Source: Alphaproteobacteria bacterium (GTDB lineage Bacteria; Pseudomonadota; Alphaproteobacteria; SHVZ01). From it: 64,000 bases of DNA. Made by a program: the position numbers and the translations under genes. Where the stretch lies: the NCBI GenBank assembly GCA_041906305.1, contig JAYRJL010000009.1, forward strand, positions 102,927 to 166,926, written 5' to 3'. The notes under the pieces were generated by a model. It was not told the DNA's origin. It did no database searches and was given only the letters and a program-made list of their open reading frames with translations. Shown here piece by piece: positions 9,888 to 20,163 of this stretch. The stretch's first letter is position 1. Each line of letters opens with the position of its first letter.

Positions 9888-11375
9888 TCATACGCCCTCG
9901 ACGCCGTCGATGGCCCATCCGGACGGCATTTCGCGAAGAGCGCGAAGGACCCCGGGCAAGCGCTCGGGCAGGTCCTCAGCGACCAGCCCGGGGCCGAAAC
10001 CGGCCGCCGCCCGGGCATGCAGCCAGACTCCGGCGGACGCGGCCTCGAACGGCGCCATTCCCTGCGCCAGAAGGCCGAGGATGAGGCCGGCCAGCACGTC
10101 GCCGGACCCCGCGGTCGCCAGCTCCGGCGGGGCGCCGGCAGCCAGGGCGGCGCGCCCATCCGGGGCGGCCACCACCGTATCCGGCCCCTTGAGGACGACG
10201 ACGGCAGAGGCACGCTCGGCGGCAGCGCGGGCGGCGGCGAGCCTCCCTCCCTCGCCGACCGGGCCGAAAACCCGGGCGAACTCGCCTTCGTGTGGGGTCA
10301 GGACCGGCCAGGGCCTCTCCGGACGGCCCAGGGATTCAGCCTCTCCGTCCAGGGCGTCGGCGTCGAGAACCAGCCTCCGGCCCGACGCGATCGCCTCGGC
10401 CACGGCCTTGAGGGTGGCCTCGCCGCGCCCGTTGCCGGGACCCACGAGCACCGCGTTGCGCCGCTCGTCCGCCAGGGCCGGAACGAAGTCCGCGGCCCCC
10501 ACCCGCTGCACCAAGGTGCCGGGCTGGTCGGCCGCGTAGATCGCCGCCGCCTCGGGCGGGGCGGCGATCGTGACGAGCCCGGCGCCGGCCCGGCGGGCGG
10601 CGCGCGCGGCAAGCCTGGCTGCCCCGGTCATCTCGGCGCCGCCGCGGATCACCGCATGACCGCGCCGGTACTTGTGGGCGTCGGCGTCGACCCAGGGGAA
10701 CGCCCCCCGCCAGAGGCCAGGTCCATTGACCCAGGTCTTGGGACCGATCTCCGCCAGCACGGCGGCGGGCAGGCCGATGTCCGCCAGCAGCAGGGTCCCG
10801 CAGAGACCGCGACCGGGATACAGCAGGTGGCCCGGCTTGAGCCGAAAGAAGGTGACGGTCAGGGCCGCCCTCGCCGCCGCACCGCGGACACGGCCGCTGT
10901 CGCCATCGAGGCCGCTCGGCACGTCGACCGCGACCACCGGGACGTCGCGCCGCGCCAGCCGCTCGATGGTGGCCTTCGCTGCGCCTTCCAGCGGTCGCGC
11001 CAGCCCGGCGCCGAACAGCGCGTCGACCACGAGTTCGGCGTCATCGACGCATTCCGGCGTCAGCGTATCCACCGATCCGGTCCAGCGCTTTCGCCAGATC
11101 AGCGCGTCGCCGCCTCCCGGCTCCGCCAGGGCGGCGACCCGCACCGGCCACCCTTCTCGGGCCAGCGTCTGCGCGACGACGTAGCCGTCGCCCCCGTTGT
11201 TGCCCGGACCGCAGAGTACCGTCGTCGGCCTGGGCGCCCACCGGCGTCTGATCGCGCCGGCGACGGCCTCGCCTGCCCGCGCCATGAGGCGCTCGCCGGG
11301 TTGCCCTAGCGAGGCGGCAAGGGCATCCGCCCTCGCCATCTCGGCATTGGTCAGGAGTGCGTGGGCGTCGCTCAA
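9888..11375 (-). CDS. nnr: Bifunctional NAD(P)H-hydrate repair enzyme Nnr (epimerase plus ADP-dependent dehydratase; YjeF family)
   Basis: N-terminal YjeF-N region (VLCGPGNNGGDGYVVA) and C-terminal carbohydrate-kinase-like dehydratase region (VLTPHEGEFARVFG...GSGDVLAGLI). Confidence 0.85.
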   Translation of the reverse strand: MSDAHALLTNAEMARADALAASLGQPGERLMARAGEAVAGAIRRRWAPRPTTVLCGPGNNGGDGYVVAQTLAREGWPVRVAALAEPGGGDALIWRKRWTGSVDTLTPECVDDAELVVDALFGAGLARPLEGAAKATIERLARRDVPVVAVDVPSGLDGDSGRVRGAAARAALTVTFFRLKPGHLLYPGRGLCGTLLLADIGLPAAVLAEIGPKTWVNGPGLWRGAFPWVDADAHKYRRGHAVIRGGAEMTGAARLAARAARRAGAGLVTIAAPPEAAAIYAADQPGTLVQRVGAADFVPALADERRNAVLVGPGNGRGEATLKAVAEAIASGRRLVLDADALDGEAESLGRPERPWPVLTPHEGEFARVFGPVGEGGRLAAARAAAERASAVVVLKGPDTVVAAPDGRAALAAGAPPELATAGSGDVLAGLILGLLAQGMAPFEAASAGVWLHARAAAGFGPGLVAEDLPERLPGVLRALREMPSGWAIDGVEGV

Positions 11376-12424
11376 GGCGCGAGAACGACGCGTCCGACGA
11401 TGCGCCCGGCCTTCAGGTCTTCGAGCGCCTGGTTGACCTCGTCGAGCTTGCGGCGACCGACGGGCATCGGCTTGACCTTGCCGGCGCGGACGAGTGCCAT
11501 CAGCTCGCGCATCTCGCCCAGGGTTCCGACGTAGGAGCCGCGGATCGTCATCGCGCGCATGGGCAGCGTCACCAGCGGCAGCGTCACGTCGCCGCCGAAC
11601 AGGCCGACGATGACGTACGTGCCCCCCTTGTTGAGCGCATCGATGCCGAGACGCGCGGTCGCCGAGGCGCCGACGAAGTCGACGGCGGCGGCGAGCCTCC
11701 CGCCGGCAAGATCCTTGAGGCGCTTCGCCGCATCAGGACCGGAAGAGTTGAGCGTCTTCGTGATGCCCATCTTCTTCGCCGCTTCGAGCTTGGCGTCGTC
11801 GATGTCGACCGCGATGATCGGCGCGTCGATCATGCCGGGCGCGATCGCGACGCCGGCGAGGCCGACGCCGCCGAGCCCGATCAGCGCGACATGATCGCCG
11901 GCGATCAGCTTCGGAATTTTCTTCAGCGCGCCATAGGCGGTGACGCCAGAGCACGCGTAGGTCGCGGCGAGCCCGGGGTCGACCCCGGTGATGTCGACGA
12001 GATACTTTTCGTCGGGAACCAGCACGTGATCCGAATAGCCGCCATGGCTGAACACGCCGAGCGAGCGCATCTGCAGGCAGAGATTCTCCTCGCCGGCCAG
12101 GCACGGGGCGCACTTCCCGCAGCCGATCCACGGAAATGCCATCCGCATGTCGCCGACCTTGGCGGTCTTGGCCTCCGGGCCGACCGCGACGACCTCGCCG
12201 ACGACCTCGTGGCCCATGGTCAGCGGCAGGTTGATGCCGCGATCGCCGAGGGTCAGGCGCTTGCCGCCGCCGAGATCGTAGTAGCCGTCCCAGATGTGAA
12301 GGTCGCTGTGGCAGACGCCGGCCGCGACTGTCTTGAGCAGGACCTGGCGCCCGGTCGGCGCAGGCGTCTCATGCGCGACCCGTGCGAGCGGCTTCGAGAA
12401 TTCGGTGACCTGGTAGCTGAGCAT
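11372..12424 (-). CDS. Zinc-dependent alcohol dehydrogenase (MDR family)
   Basis: GVCHSDLHIWDG...GHEVVGEVVAVG...CGKCAPCLAGEENLC are the catalytic and structural Zn motifs. GLGGVGLAGV is the NAD-binding motif. Its stop overlaps the nnr start in an ATGA quartet. Confidence 0.85.
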   Translation of the reverse strand: MLSYQVTEFSKPLARVAHETPAPTGRQVLLKTVAAGVCHSDLHIWDGYYDLGGGKRLTLGDRGINLPLTMGHEVVGEVVAVGPEAKTAKVGDMRMAFPWIGCGKCAPCLAGEENLCLQMRSLGVFSHGGYSDHVLVPDEKYLVDITGVDPGLAATYACSGVTAYGALKKIPKLIAGDHVALIGLGGVGLAGVAIAPGMIDAPIIAVDIDDAKLEAAKKMGITKTLNSSGPDAAKRLKDLAGGRLAAAVDFVGASATARLGIDALNKGGTYVIVGLFGGDVTLPLVTLPMRAMTIRGSYVGTLGEMRELMALVRAGKVKPMPVGRRKLDEVNQALEDLKAGRIVGRVVLAP

Positions 12425-12483
12425 CGTTCCTCCGGCTTTTGCCGGAGCCTACAAGCCCCTACTGGTGGCGCGCCATCGACTTA

Positions 12484-12987
12484 TCGCTGGATGGCCGGGT
12501 TGGTCGGCGTACCGGCCGCCGGCCGGTTCTTGACGCTCTCGTCGGTCTTCCAGCCCTTGTAGGCATCCTCGATCACCGAGCGGTAGGGGCTGTAGTCCAT
12601 CGGCAGCGCGCCCTGCTTCTTCTGCTCGTCGCCCTTGGCGAAGCGATAGACCTCGCACGCCCCGGTCTTGTCGCGGAAGAAGAAGTAGGACGTGTCGGCC
12701 TTCGACTTCACCTTCGGATCGTAGAGATTGTACTGGTTGGTGGCGACGCCGAGGATCGCCGGCCCGATCGAGCCGTTGAACACCACCTTCAGCTTGCCCG
12801 GCTGCAGCTGGTTGAAGTTGCCGCGGGCGCACTCGGTCGAGAGGTCCTGGTCCAGCGCGCCGACTTCCCAATAAGGATGCGGGCTGGTGGTGAGGATACG
12901 CCCGCCCCCCTGCTGGGCATGCGCGCTCGTCACGCTTCCGAGAATCAGCAGGCCGGCGAGCCGGAGGCCACGGTTCATGCCATGCAT
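12484..12987 (-). CDS. Hypothetical secreted protein (168 aa with a signal peptide)
   Basis: This is the C-terminal part of the 923-aa track ORF. Only this part is protein-like (MNRGLRLAGLLILGSVTSAHAQQ is signal-peptide-like, then a mixed composition). The upstream 750 aa are an Arg/Pro artefact. The start could be 12987 or 12978. Confidence 0.5.
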
Positions 12988-13001
12988 ATGGCGCGAGTCG
13001 C

Positions 13002-13904
13002 TCAGCCTGACAAGCCTGCGGCCGCCAGCGGCTCCTTCAGGAACGCGCGCATGGGCGCCTCCATCCGGAAGCGGCGCTGGGCATCGATCCCGAACCCGAC
13101 CGCATCCCCCTTGAGAAGCTCGTCGATCGCGTCGGCGAGGTCGGCGTAAGGTGCCGCCCGGCAATACGAGAACAGGTAGCGCAGGTCGCCCGTATCGAAA
13201 TGCTCGGCCGCGACCGCGACCCCGGCGTGGAGTCCGGCGACGATCCGGCTCGGCGAGTTGAACCGCACCCATTCCGCCCGGCGGACGTCGACGATCAGCT
13301 TGGTCCGCTTCAGCATGTCGAGGCGAATGTAGTCGGGCATCACGCCGAGGGTCGATCGAACGTTCCAGCCGCGCCGGCTCAGGTCCTCCATGATCGCGGT
13401 GCGCCTCGGCACGGTGAGCCCGTAGATCAGGACGTCGATGTCCTGGCCGCCGGGCCGCCGCTTCTCGGCCAAGGCATGCACGTACCCGAAACGCAGGAAG
13501 GCGACCTTCCTCGGATCGGGCACGAAGCGCGCATAGTCCGTTATCGGTACGAGCGACCAGACGAAGTCCGCGACCTCGAGCATGCGCAGAAGATGCTCGC
13601 GCCGGTCGGGAAACGACGGGTTGTCCATGACCGAGGGATCGCCGATGTCCTCGGTGACCAGCAAGCCCAGGGGGAAGTCGTTGCCGAGCATCCGCTTGCG
13701 CTCGATCACGCCGTCGACGAAGGCGCGGTCGGGGAAGAACTCGATCAGGAGGTTCACGACGGGGCGGTTGTACAGGAAGCCGTTCTCGTACTGGACCGAA
13801 TGGCCGGCCTCGGCGAGGCCGGCGGCCAACGGCTGAAGGATATCGCCGATGGTGACCAGGCTGCCGTGCGGATGGTTCTGCAGGTAGATGCTGAACTTCG
13901 CCAT
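13002..13904 (-). CDS. Conserved hypothetical protein (300 aa, cytoplasmic), tightly linked downstream of ppx
   Basis: Clean ORF with balanced composition. It starts 3 nt after the ppx stop and ends 14 nt before the next gene. I recognise no domain. Confidence 0.55.
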   Translation of the reverse strand: MAKFSIYLQNHPHGSLVTIGDILQPLAAGLAEAGHSVQYENGFLYNRPVVNLLIEFFPDRAFVDGVIERKRMLGNDFPLGLLVTEDIGDPSVMDNPSFPDRREHLLRMLEVADFVWSLVPITDYARFVPDPRKVAFLRFGYVHALAEKRRPGGQDIDVLIYGLTVPRRTAIMEDLSRRGWNVRSTLGVMPDYIRLDMLKRTKLIVDVRRAEWVRFNSPSRIVAGLHAGVAVAAEHFDTGDLRYLFSYCRAAPYADLADAIDELLKGDAVGFGIDAQRRFRMEAPMRAFLKEPLAAAGLSG

Positions 13905-13907
13905 CGC

Positions 13908-15389
13908 CTACTTGATCTTTCCGACGTTCTTCAGCGCGTCGGAAAGCGCCTCCAAGCGACGGCCGACGACGTCGCCGGCGAGCCTGCGGCGCTCGCCGCG
14001 GAAGGTCAGTGACAGGTTGCGGCGCTCGGTCCCGAGCCGGACGTCGGCCAGTGCGCGCGAGTCGCCGCCGGCGAGCGTGTAGCCGAGCCTGAGCGCGAGA
14101 CCCAGCGTCAGTGCCGCCTCGGCGTCTCCGGGCGCCAGCAGGCGGCGGACCGAGATCAGCAGATCGGCCTCGATATGACCGTGGTAGCGGACATGGACGG
14201 TGAGCGCGAGGAGCGCCCGCTCGCGATGCTCGATCGCAACCACGGGCAGGTGGAGGATTCGCCAGAACGCGTGCTCGGCGCGGTAGTCGGGATGGTCCTG
14301 CCAGCCGATGTCGCCGAGCAGGACAGCGGCTCGGACCAGGCGGGCGGGAAAGCCCGGCGGCACCACGGGCGCGAGCCAGCCGACGATCGCCTCGACGTCG
14401 GGCGCGAAGCGCGCCTGGCGCACCGCGAGATCGCCGGCATAGGCCAGGAGCGGATCCTGGTCGCGGACCGCGGGCGACAGCTTCTCGAACAGGCAACCTT
14501 CGCGAAGGCCGTAGGAAGAGAACACCAGCCGCCGGGGCTTGCCGACGCGCACGACCTCGTCGAGGGGAAGCGCCGACCAGAGAAGCGCGTCGACGCGGCG
14601 CGTGACGCCGGGAATGCGCTTCAGCTGCGCCTTGCTGAGTCTCGGCAGGCGACCGAGGAAGGGGCGAGCGGCCCGGGCTTCGATCGCATAGGCATGGATC
14701 ACCTTGAGCGGATAGTCGGTGAGCGCCATGTGCACGCGCGCCAGGGCCCGCCACGAACCTCCGACGAGATAGAGATCCCTCCCGGCGAGACGGTCGAGCC
14801 AGGGAATGCTTTTCAGATGCGCGGCGACGACCGCCCTCGCCCGCTTGAGATTGCCGCCCGAAAGCTCGGTCAGCGCCAACGGCCCCAGAGGCAGCGTAAC
14901 CTGCTTGCGGATGCGCCCGCGGGCGATGTCGACGAGTTCGAGGCTGGCGCCGCCGAGATCGCCCACGACTCCGTCCGCATCGGGATTGCCCGAGAGAACG
15001 CCGAGCGCCGACGTCCGCGCCTCGTCCTCGCCCGACAGGATCTCGAGCCGGATGCCGGTCCGCCGCCGGACCTCCGCGACGAAAGCCGGACCGTTCCCCG
15101 CCTCGCGCACGGCGGCGGTCGCGACCGCGGTCATGCGCGCGACGCCCATTGCCTTGGCGACGCTGGCGAAGCGGGAGAGATTGCGGTGCGCGTCGGCCAT
15201 CGCGCTTTCGTCGAGCATCCCGGTCGTGGCGACGCCGCGGCCGAGACCGCACAGGACCTTCTCGTTGAAGACCGGCACCGGCGCACGCCCGTCGTGCTCG
15301 AACACCACGAGGCGGATCGAGTTGGATCCGACGTCGAGAACGCCGACCGGCTTCGGCCGTCGTCCCCGCTCCGCTTTGCCTGACTTCAC
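13908..15389 (-). CDS. ppx: Exopolyphosphatase (Ppx/GppA family)
   Basis: [17 protein letters not shown]...[17 protein letters not shown]...[10 protein letters not shown] are the Ppx/GppA ASKHA motifs. The GTG start at 15389 overlaps the ppk stop (GTGA). The track ORF 13908..17456 is the same frame extended into ppk. Confidence 0.85.
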   Translation of the reverse strand: MKSGKAERGRRPKPVGVLDVGSNSIRLVVFEHDGRAPVPVFNEKVLCGLGRGVATTGMLDESAMADAHRNLSRFASVAKAMGVARMTAVATAAVREAGNGPAFVAEVRRRTGIRLEILSGEDEARTSALGVLSGNPDADGVVGDLGGASLELVDIARGRIRKQVTLPLGPLALTELSGGNLKRARAVVAAHLKSIPWLDRLAGRDLYLVGGSWRALARVHMALTDYPLKVIHAYAIEARAARPFLGRLPRLSKAQLKRIPGVTRRVDALLWSALPLDEVVRVGKPRRLVFSSYGLREGCLFEKLSPAVRDQDPLLAYAGDLAVRQARFAPDVEAIVGWLAPVVPPGFPARLVRAAVLLGDIGWQDHPDYRAEHAFWRILHLPVVAIEHRERALLALTVHVRYHGHIEADLLISVRRLLAPGDAEAALTLGLALRLGYTLAGGDSRALADVRLGTERRNLSLTFRGERRRLAGDVVGRRLEALSDALKNVGKIK

Positions 15390-17533
15390 CGCTTGAGCAC
15401 CAGCCTGGGCGGTGACGGAGTCTTGCGGCCAGCGCGTCCGCGGCCGGAAAGGCTGGGATTGGTCATGAAGTAGGTATGCGCGCTGAACGCCTTGTCGAGA
15501 TCGTCCACCGGTACGCGATGCAGCTTTCCCTCGGCATCGAGGGTCCAGCTCTGCGCCTCGTCGCGGAGGTTCGCCACCATGATCTGGTCGAGCACCTGCT
15601 GATGCACGGTCGGATTCTCGATCGGCACGAAGCACTCGACGCGGCCGTCGAGATTTCGGCCCATCCAGTCCGCCGACGAGACGAACACCTTGGCATGCGG
15701 GCTCGGCAATGCATGGCCGTTGGCGAAGCAGGCGATGCGCGCGTGCTCGAGGAAGCGGCCGATGATGCTCTTGACCCGGATGTTCTCGGAAAGGCCCGGG
15801 ATGCCGGGCCTCAGGCAGCAGATGCCGCGGACCACGAGGTCGATCGCGACGCCGGCGCACGAGGCGCGATAGAGCGCGTCGATGATCTCCGAATCGACCA
15901 GCGAGTTCATCTTCGCCCAGATGCCTGCCGGTCGTCCCGCCTTGGCGTGCTCGATCTCGTCTTCGATCAGCTGCAGCAGCGTGCCGCGCAGCGCGATCGG
16001 CGCGATCACCAGCTTCTCCATCGCTTCCGGATGGACGTAGCCGGTCATGTAGTTGAACAGCTTCGCCGCGTCGCGGCAGAGCGCCGGGTCGACGGTGAAG
16101 AACGAGAGGTCGGTATAGATGCGCGACGTGCCCGGGTGATAGTTGCCGGTGCCGAAATGCGCGTAGCTGCGAAGCCCCGTGCCTTCGCGGCGGACCACCA
16201 GCGAGACCTTGGCGTGGGTCTTGAGATCGATGAAGCCGTAGACGACCTGCGCGCCGGCGCGTTCGAGGTCGCGGGCCCAGCGGATGTTGGCTTCCTCGTC
16301 GAACTGCGCCTTGAGCTCGACCATGGCCGTGACCGACTTGCCGGCCTCGGCCGCCTCGATCAGGGCCTGCACGATCGGCGAGTCCGAGGACGTGCGGTAG
16401 AGCGTCTGCTTGATCGCGATCACCGCCGGATCGCGTGCCGCCTGGCGCAGGAACTGCACCACGACGTCGAAGCTCTCGTAGGGATGATGGACCAGGATGT
16501 CCTTCTGGCCGATCGCCGCGAAGCAGTCGCCGCCGAAGTCGCGGATGCGCTCGGGGACGCGCGCGTTGAAAGGCTTGAACAGGAGGTCCGGGCGGTCGGC
16601 GACGATCAGCTGCTTGAGGTCGGTGACGCCGACCAGCTCCTCGAGCCCGAAGACCTCGTCCGAGGTCACGTGCAGCTGGTCGACGACGAAGTCCCGGAGA
16701 TCGACCGGCATGTTGGCATTGAGCGTCGCGCGGATCGCGTTGCCGCGACGCCGCCGCTTGAGCGCGGACTCGAAGTGGCGAACCAGGTCCTCCGCCTCTT
16801 CGTCGATCTCGATCTCGCTGTCGCGGAGGATGCGGAAGACGCCTTCGCCGTTGACGATGAATCCCGGGAACAGCCGGTTGAGATAGAGGCCGACCAGGTG
16901 CTCGATGCGGAGAAAGCGGATCGCATTGCCCGGCAGGCGGACGAAGCGGCCGATCTGCGGCGGCAGCGGCACCAGCGCCCGCATGCTTCGGCCGGCATCG
17001 GGGCGCAGCAGCTGCAGCACCATCGCGAAGCCGAGGTTGGGAATGAACGGGAACGGGTGCGCCGGGTCGACCGCAAGCGGCGTCAGTACCGGGAACACGT
17101 GCTCCATGAAGTACGCGTCGAGCCAGCTCCGCTCTTCCTGGGTAAGGTCGGCCGGCTCGATCACCGAGAAGTCGGCGGCCGCGAACTCGCATTTGAGCTC
17201 CTTCCAGGCGCGCTGCTGGTCGCGCACGAGGTCCGAGACACAGCGGTTGATCTCGGCGAGCTGGCGCTCGGGCGAAAGCCCGTCCTGGGAGCGCTGGTTG
17301 ATCCCGGCCCGCACCTGGCTCCTGAGGCCGGCGACGCGCACCATGTAGAACTCGTCGAGGTTCGACCCGGAGATCGACAGGAAGCGAAGCCGCTCCAGCA
17401 GCGGGTGCCGCTTGTTGAACGCCTCTTCGAGGACCCGCGCGTTGAAGGCGAGCCACGAAAGCTCGCGATTGAAGAAGCGATCAGGCGAATCACGGCCGAC
17501 GGCCCGGACATTCGCCTGTGTGAGAAGGGTCAC
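15386..17533 (-). CDS. ppk: Polyphosphate kinase 1
   Basis: 715 aa; [19 protein letters not shown]...[18 protein letters not shown] is the N-terminal PPK1 signature, and [11 protein letters not shown] is the catalytic-His region. Confidence 0.95.
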   Translation of the reverse strand: MTLLTQANVRAVGRDSPDRFFNRELSWLAFNARVLEEAFNKRHPLLERLRFLSISGSNLDEFYMVRVAGLRSQVRAGINQRSQDGLSPERQLAEINRCVSDLVRDQQRAWKELKCEFAAADFSVIEPADLTQEERSWLDAYFMEHVFPVLTPLAVDPAHPFPFIPNLGFAMVLQLLRPDAGRSMRALVPLPPQIGRFVRLPGNAIRFLRIEHLVGLYLNRLFPGFIVNGEGVFRILRDSEIEIDEEAEDLVRHFESALKRRRRGNAIRATLNANMPVDLRDFVVDQLHVTSDEVFGLEELVGVTDLKQLIVADRPDLLFKPFNARVPERIRDFGGDCFAAIGQKDILVHHPYESFDVVVQFLRQAARDPAVIAIKQTLYRTSSDSPIVQALIEAAEAGKSVTAMVELKAQFDEEANIRWARDLERAGAQVVYGFIDLKTHAKVSLVVRREGTGLRSYAHFGTGNYHPGTSRIYTDLSFFTVDPALCRDAAKLFNYMTGYVHPEAMEKLVIAPIALRGTLLQLIEDEIEHAKAGRPAGIWAKMNSLVDSEIIDALYRASCAGVAIDLVVRGICCLRPGIPGLSENIRVKSIIGRFLEHARIACFANGHALPSPHAKVFVSSADWMGRNLDGRVECFVPIENPTVHQQVLDQIMVANLRDEAQSWTLDAEGKLHRVPVDDLDKAFSAHTYFMTNPSLSGRGRAGRKTPSPPRLVLKR

Positions 17534-17636
17534 GACGGCACCAAGACGTAGTTTTCCCAGCCCCTTAGCTATAACACGGCCGGCGTGACGAAGTCATGTC
17601 GCCGGCCGTGAGAAGGCTGTGGCCGAAGGCCGGGGC

Positions 17637-18680
17637 CTAAAGTCCGATTTCGGCCCGGCTGAGCTCGTTCATGACCACGCAAAGGACGTCGAAGGACTCG
17701 ACCCGCGGGCCAGTGTGGATCATCCAGAGGCAGCCCGAACGCGGGAACCGGACCTCGGTCGGAGGCCGCGAGGGATCGTGGAAGTCGTAGATGCGGCCGG
17801 CGAGCTGCCCCTCCTCGACCCAGTCGCCGCCCTGATGCATCGCATGGAACAGGCCGCCGTGCGGCGCGAAGGCAATCGCCCGGGTCGGATCAGGAACGCC
17901 CAGCAGCTTGGTCGGTGTCTTCGGCGCCTCGATCTTGCCGTCGATGATCTTGTGGAACTTCAGCATGTTCCGCACGCCCTTCTCGATCTCGGCGAGGGCG
18001 GCGTTGTTGATGCGGGCAAGCCCGCCGAATTCGCAGCTGAGCGCCGGAATCCCGAGATGATCGCACGTCGTCATGAAGCTGTTGGTGTGGTCGATCTCGC
18101 GCAGGACCGCGTGATAGGGCGCGCCCCAGGCCATGCCGAGATCGACGTTGGCCTTCATCTGCTTCGGATCGTCGACGAAGTGCGAGCAGGTGTTGAAGGC
18201 GGTGTCGTGCCAGGTGCCGCCGGTGTGCAGGTCCATCTGGTAGTCGGTGATCGGCAGCAGTACGCGGGTCACGTAGTCGGCCAGCATCTCGGTGAAGCTG
18301 CCGAGACGGTTGCCCGGGAACACGCGGTTGAGGTCCTTGCCGTCGTAGGGGCAGAGGCGATGGCCGACCTCGACCGACGGCAGGTCGAGCGACGGGATGA
18401 TGATGACCCGTCCCTGCACCTGCGCGGGATCCAGCTCGCGCGCAAGATTGAGAAGCGCGACCTGCCCGTCGAACTCGTCGCCATGCGTGCCGGCGGTCAG
18501 GAGGAAGGTCGGGCCGGTGCCGTTCTTGATGCAGACGATCGGGATGCCGATGACGCCGAGGCCTGAATGGGTATGCGCCCGAGGGATCCTGAGATGCCCG
18601 AACTGCTTGCCGGCCTTGCCGTAGTCGACATCGGTCCGGACCCTCGGCGGCAGGGTCGAGGGATCGGGAAGCTTGCCCAT
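17637..18680 (-). CDS. Succinylglutamate desuccinylase/aspartoacylase family zinc hydrolase
   Basis: TAGTHGDEFDGQVAL...DLNRVFPG are the metal-binding HxxE and DLNR motifs typical of the AstE/AspA family. Confidence 0.75.
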   Translation of the reverse strand: MGKLPDPSTLPPRVRTDVDYGKAGKQFGHLRIPRAHTHSGLGVIGIPIVCIKNGTGPTFLLTAGTHGDEFDGQVALLNLARELDPAQVQGRVIIIPSLDLPSVEVGHRLCPYDGKDLNRVFPGNRLGSFTEMLADYVTRVLLPITDYQMDLHTGGTWHDTAFNTCSHFVDDPKQMKANVDLGMAWGAPYHAVLREIDHTNSFMTTCDHLGIPALSCEFGGLARINNAALAEIEKGVRNMLKFHKIIDGKIEAPKTPTKLLGVPDPTRAIAFAPHGGLFHAMHQGGDWVEEGQLAGRIYDFHDPSRPPTEVRFPRSGCLWMIHTGPRVESFDVLCVVMNELSRAEIGL

Positions 18681-18690
18681 GAAGTGAACC

Positions 18691-19467
18691 TCAGATGGAG
18701 CTGTTGAAGGCGCCGCCGTCCATTAGCAGGTTCTGGCCGGTGATGTAGCCGGCATGCGCGCTGCAGAGAAACGCGCAGGCCGCACCGAACTCCTCGGCCG
18801 TGCCGAAGCGCTTCGACGGATTCTGCTGCGAGCGCTCCTTGACGATGTCGGCGAGCGGACGGCCGGTCTTCTTCGCCTCGAACTCCATGCCGGAGCGGAG
18901 CCGATCGGTATCGAACGGTCCCGGCAGCAAACCGTTGATCGTGACGCCGTCCCTGGCCACCTGACGCGCGATGCCGGCGCAGAAGCCCGTCAGGCCCGTG
19001 CGCGCGCCATTGGAAAGGCCGAGCACCGGGATCGGCGACTTAACCGAGCCCGAGGTGATGTTGACGATGCGGCCCCATTTGCGCGCGATCATCGGGTCGA
19101 GCGTCGCCTTGATCAGCTCGATCGCGGTGATCATGTTGGCGTTCAGCGCCTTCATCCAATCGTCCGGCGTCCACTCGCGGAAGTCGCCGGGGGGCGGGCC
19201 GCCGGCATTGTTGATCAGGATGTCCGGATCCCTGCAGGCGGCGAGCGCGGCGGCGCGGCCCTCGGGCGTGGTGATGTCGCCGGCGACGGTCGTGACCTTG
19301 CCGCCGGATGCCCGGATCTCGTCTGCGGTCTTCTCGAGCACCTCCTTGCCGCGCGCGGTGATCGTGACCAGCACGCCTTCGCGCGCCAGCGCCTGGGCGC
19401 AACCCCTGCCCAGCCCCTTCGATCCGGCGCAGACCAGCGCACGACGTCCGGCAATGCCCATGTCCAT
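18691..19467 (-). CDS. SDR family oxidoreductase
   Basis: GRRALVCAGSKGLGRGCAQALAREG and NNAG are the Rossmann and active-site motifs. Only the C-terminal 258 aa of the track ORF are real. The start has a GAGGAG RBS 8 nt upstream. Confidence 0.85.
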   Translation of the reverse strand: MDMGIAGRRALVCAGSKGLGRGCAQALAREGVLVTITARGKEVLEKTADEIRASGGKVTTVAGDITTPEGRAAALAACRDPDILINNAGGPPPGDFREWTPDDWMKALNANMITAIELIKATLDPMIARKWGRIVNITSGSVKSPIPVLGLSNGARTGLTGFCAGIARQVARDGVTINGLLPGPFDTDRLRSGMEFEAKKTGRPLADIVKERSQQNPSKRFGTAEEFGAACAFLCSAHAGYITGQNLLMDGGAFNSSI

Positions 19468-19469
19468 GA

Positions 19470-20150
19470 TCAGATCTCCTCTTCTGACGGATACAGCCGC
19501 GCAAAGACCGCGCGGGCGAGCGGAACGGTGATCGGCCGGCGCTCGGCCAGCGCCGCCTCGTCGAGCGCGGCGACCGCGGCGCCGAGCGCGGCGAAGGAGC
19601 GGTCGAGACGCCGCAGCAGGTATCCCACGACATCGGCATCGACGCGAAGCTGGCGGTCGGCGAACAGCTTGATCATCACCGCCGCGCGCAGCTCGTCGTC
19701 GGGTGGAAGGAGGGCCACCGCCGGCGCGGTCGAGAGCCGCGACTTCAGATCGGGAAGCCGGATCGGCCAGCGCGCCGGAGGCTCGCGTCCGACCAGAAGC
19801 AGATGGCCGCGGCGCTCGGCGAGCAGGTTGTAGAGATGCAGAAGCGGACGCTCGTCGCCGGGGCCCGGCGCGGCGTCGAGATCGAAGACCACGGCACCCG
19901 CCGACGCGAGACCAGGCGGATCGAAGTGCCCGAGCGCCTCGACCGCGCCGGAGCGCTGCCGCCATACCTGGGCGAGATGGGTCTTGCCCGAAGCCGCCGG
20001 TCCGTGGAGGGCCAGCGAGGTTGCGGGCCAGTCCGGCCATCGATCGAGCCACGCCACCGCGTCCGCGTTGGATCCCGCCACCAGGAAGTCGTCACGGCCG
20101 AGCGCCGGGCGGTGCGGCAGCCCGAGCGTCAGCTGGCTCGGGCCGGTCAC
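19470..20150 (-). CDS. hdaA: DnaA regulatory inactivator HdaA (DnaA paralog)
   Basis: QLTLGLPHRPALGRDDFLVAGSNADAVAWLDRWPDWPATSLALHGPAASGKTHLAQVW matches the HdaA/DnaA AAA+ N-region. I chose the GTG start at 20150 for a typical HdaA N-terminal length. The track start ATG at 20243 would overlap the upstream gene by 80 nt. Confidence 0.75.
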   Translation of the reverse strand: MTGPSQLTLGLPHRPALGRDDFLVAGSNADAVAWLDRWPDWPATSLALHGPAASGKTHLAQVWRQRSGAVEALGHFDPPGLASAGAVVFDLDAAPGPGDERPLLHLYNLLAERRGHLLLVGREPPARWPIRLPDLKSRLSTAPAVALLPPDDELRAAVMIKLFADRQLRVDADVVGYLLRRLDRSFAALGAAVAALDEAALAERRPITVPLARAVFARLYPSEEEI

Positions 20151-20163
20151 TGTCTCAGGCCGG

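Noticed and set aside
12988-15252. N-terminal about 750 aa of the 923-aa minus-strand ORF 12481..15252
   Set aside because: Extreme Arg/Pro/Gly content ([16 protein letters not shown]...). It overlaps ppx and the 300-aa gene out of frame. Only the last 168 aa (signal peptide onward) look like protein.
15476-17551. 691-aa plus-strand ORF
   Set aside because: Antisense to ppk. Low-complexity R/D/E/A composition.
18754-19833. 359-aa plus-strand ORF and the 453-aa N-extension of the SDR ORF
   Set aside because: Antisense or extension artefacts over the SDR/hdaA genes. The real SDR start is supported by a GAGGAG RBS at 19467.
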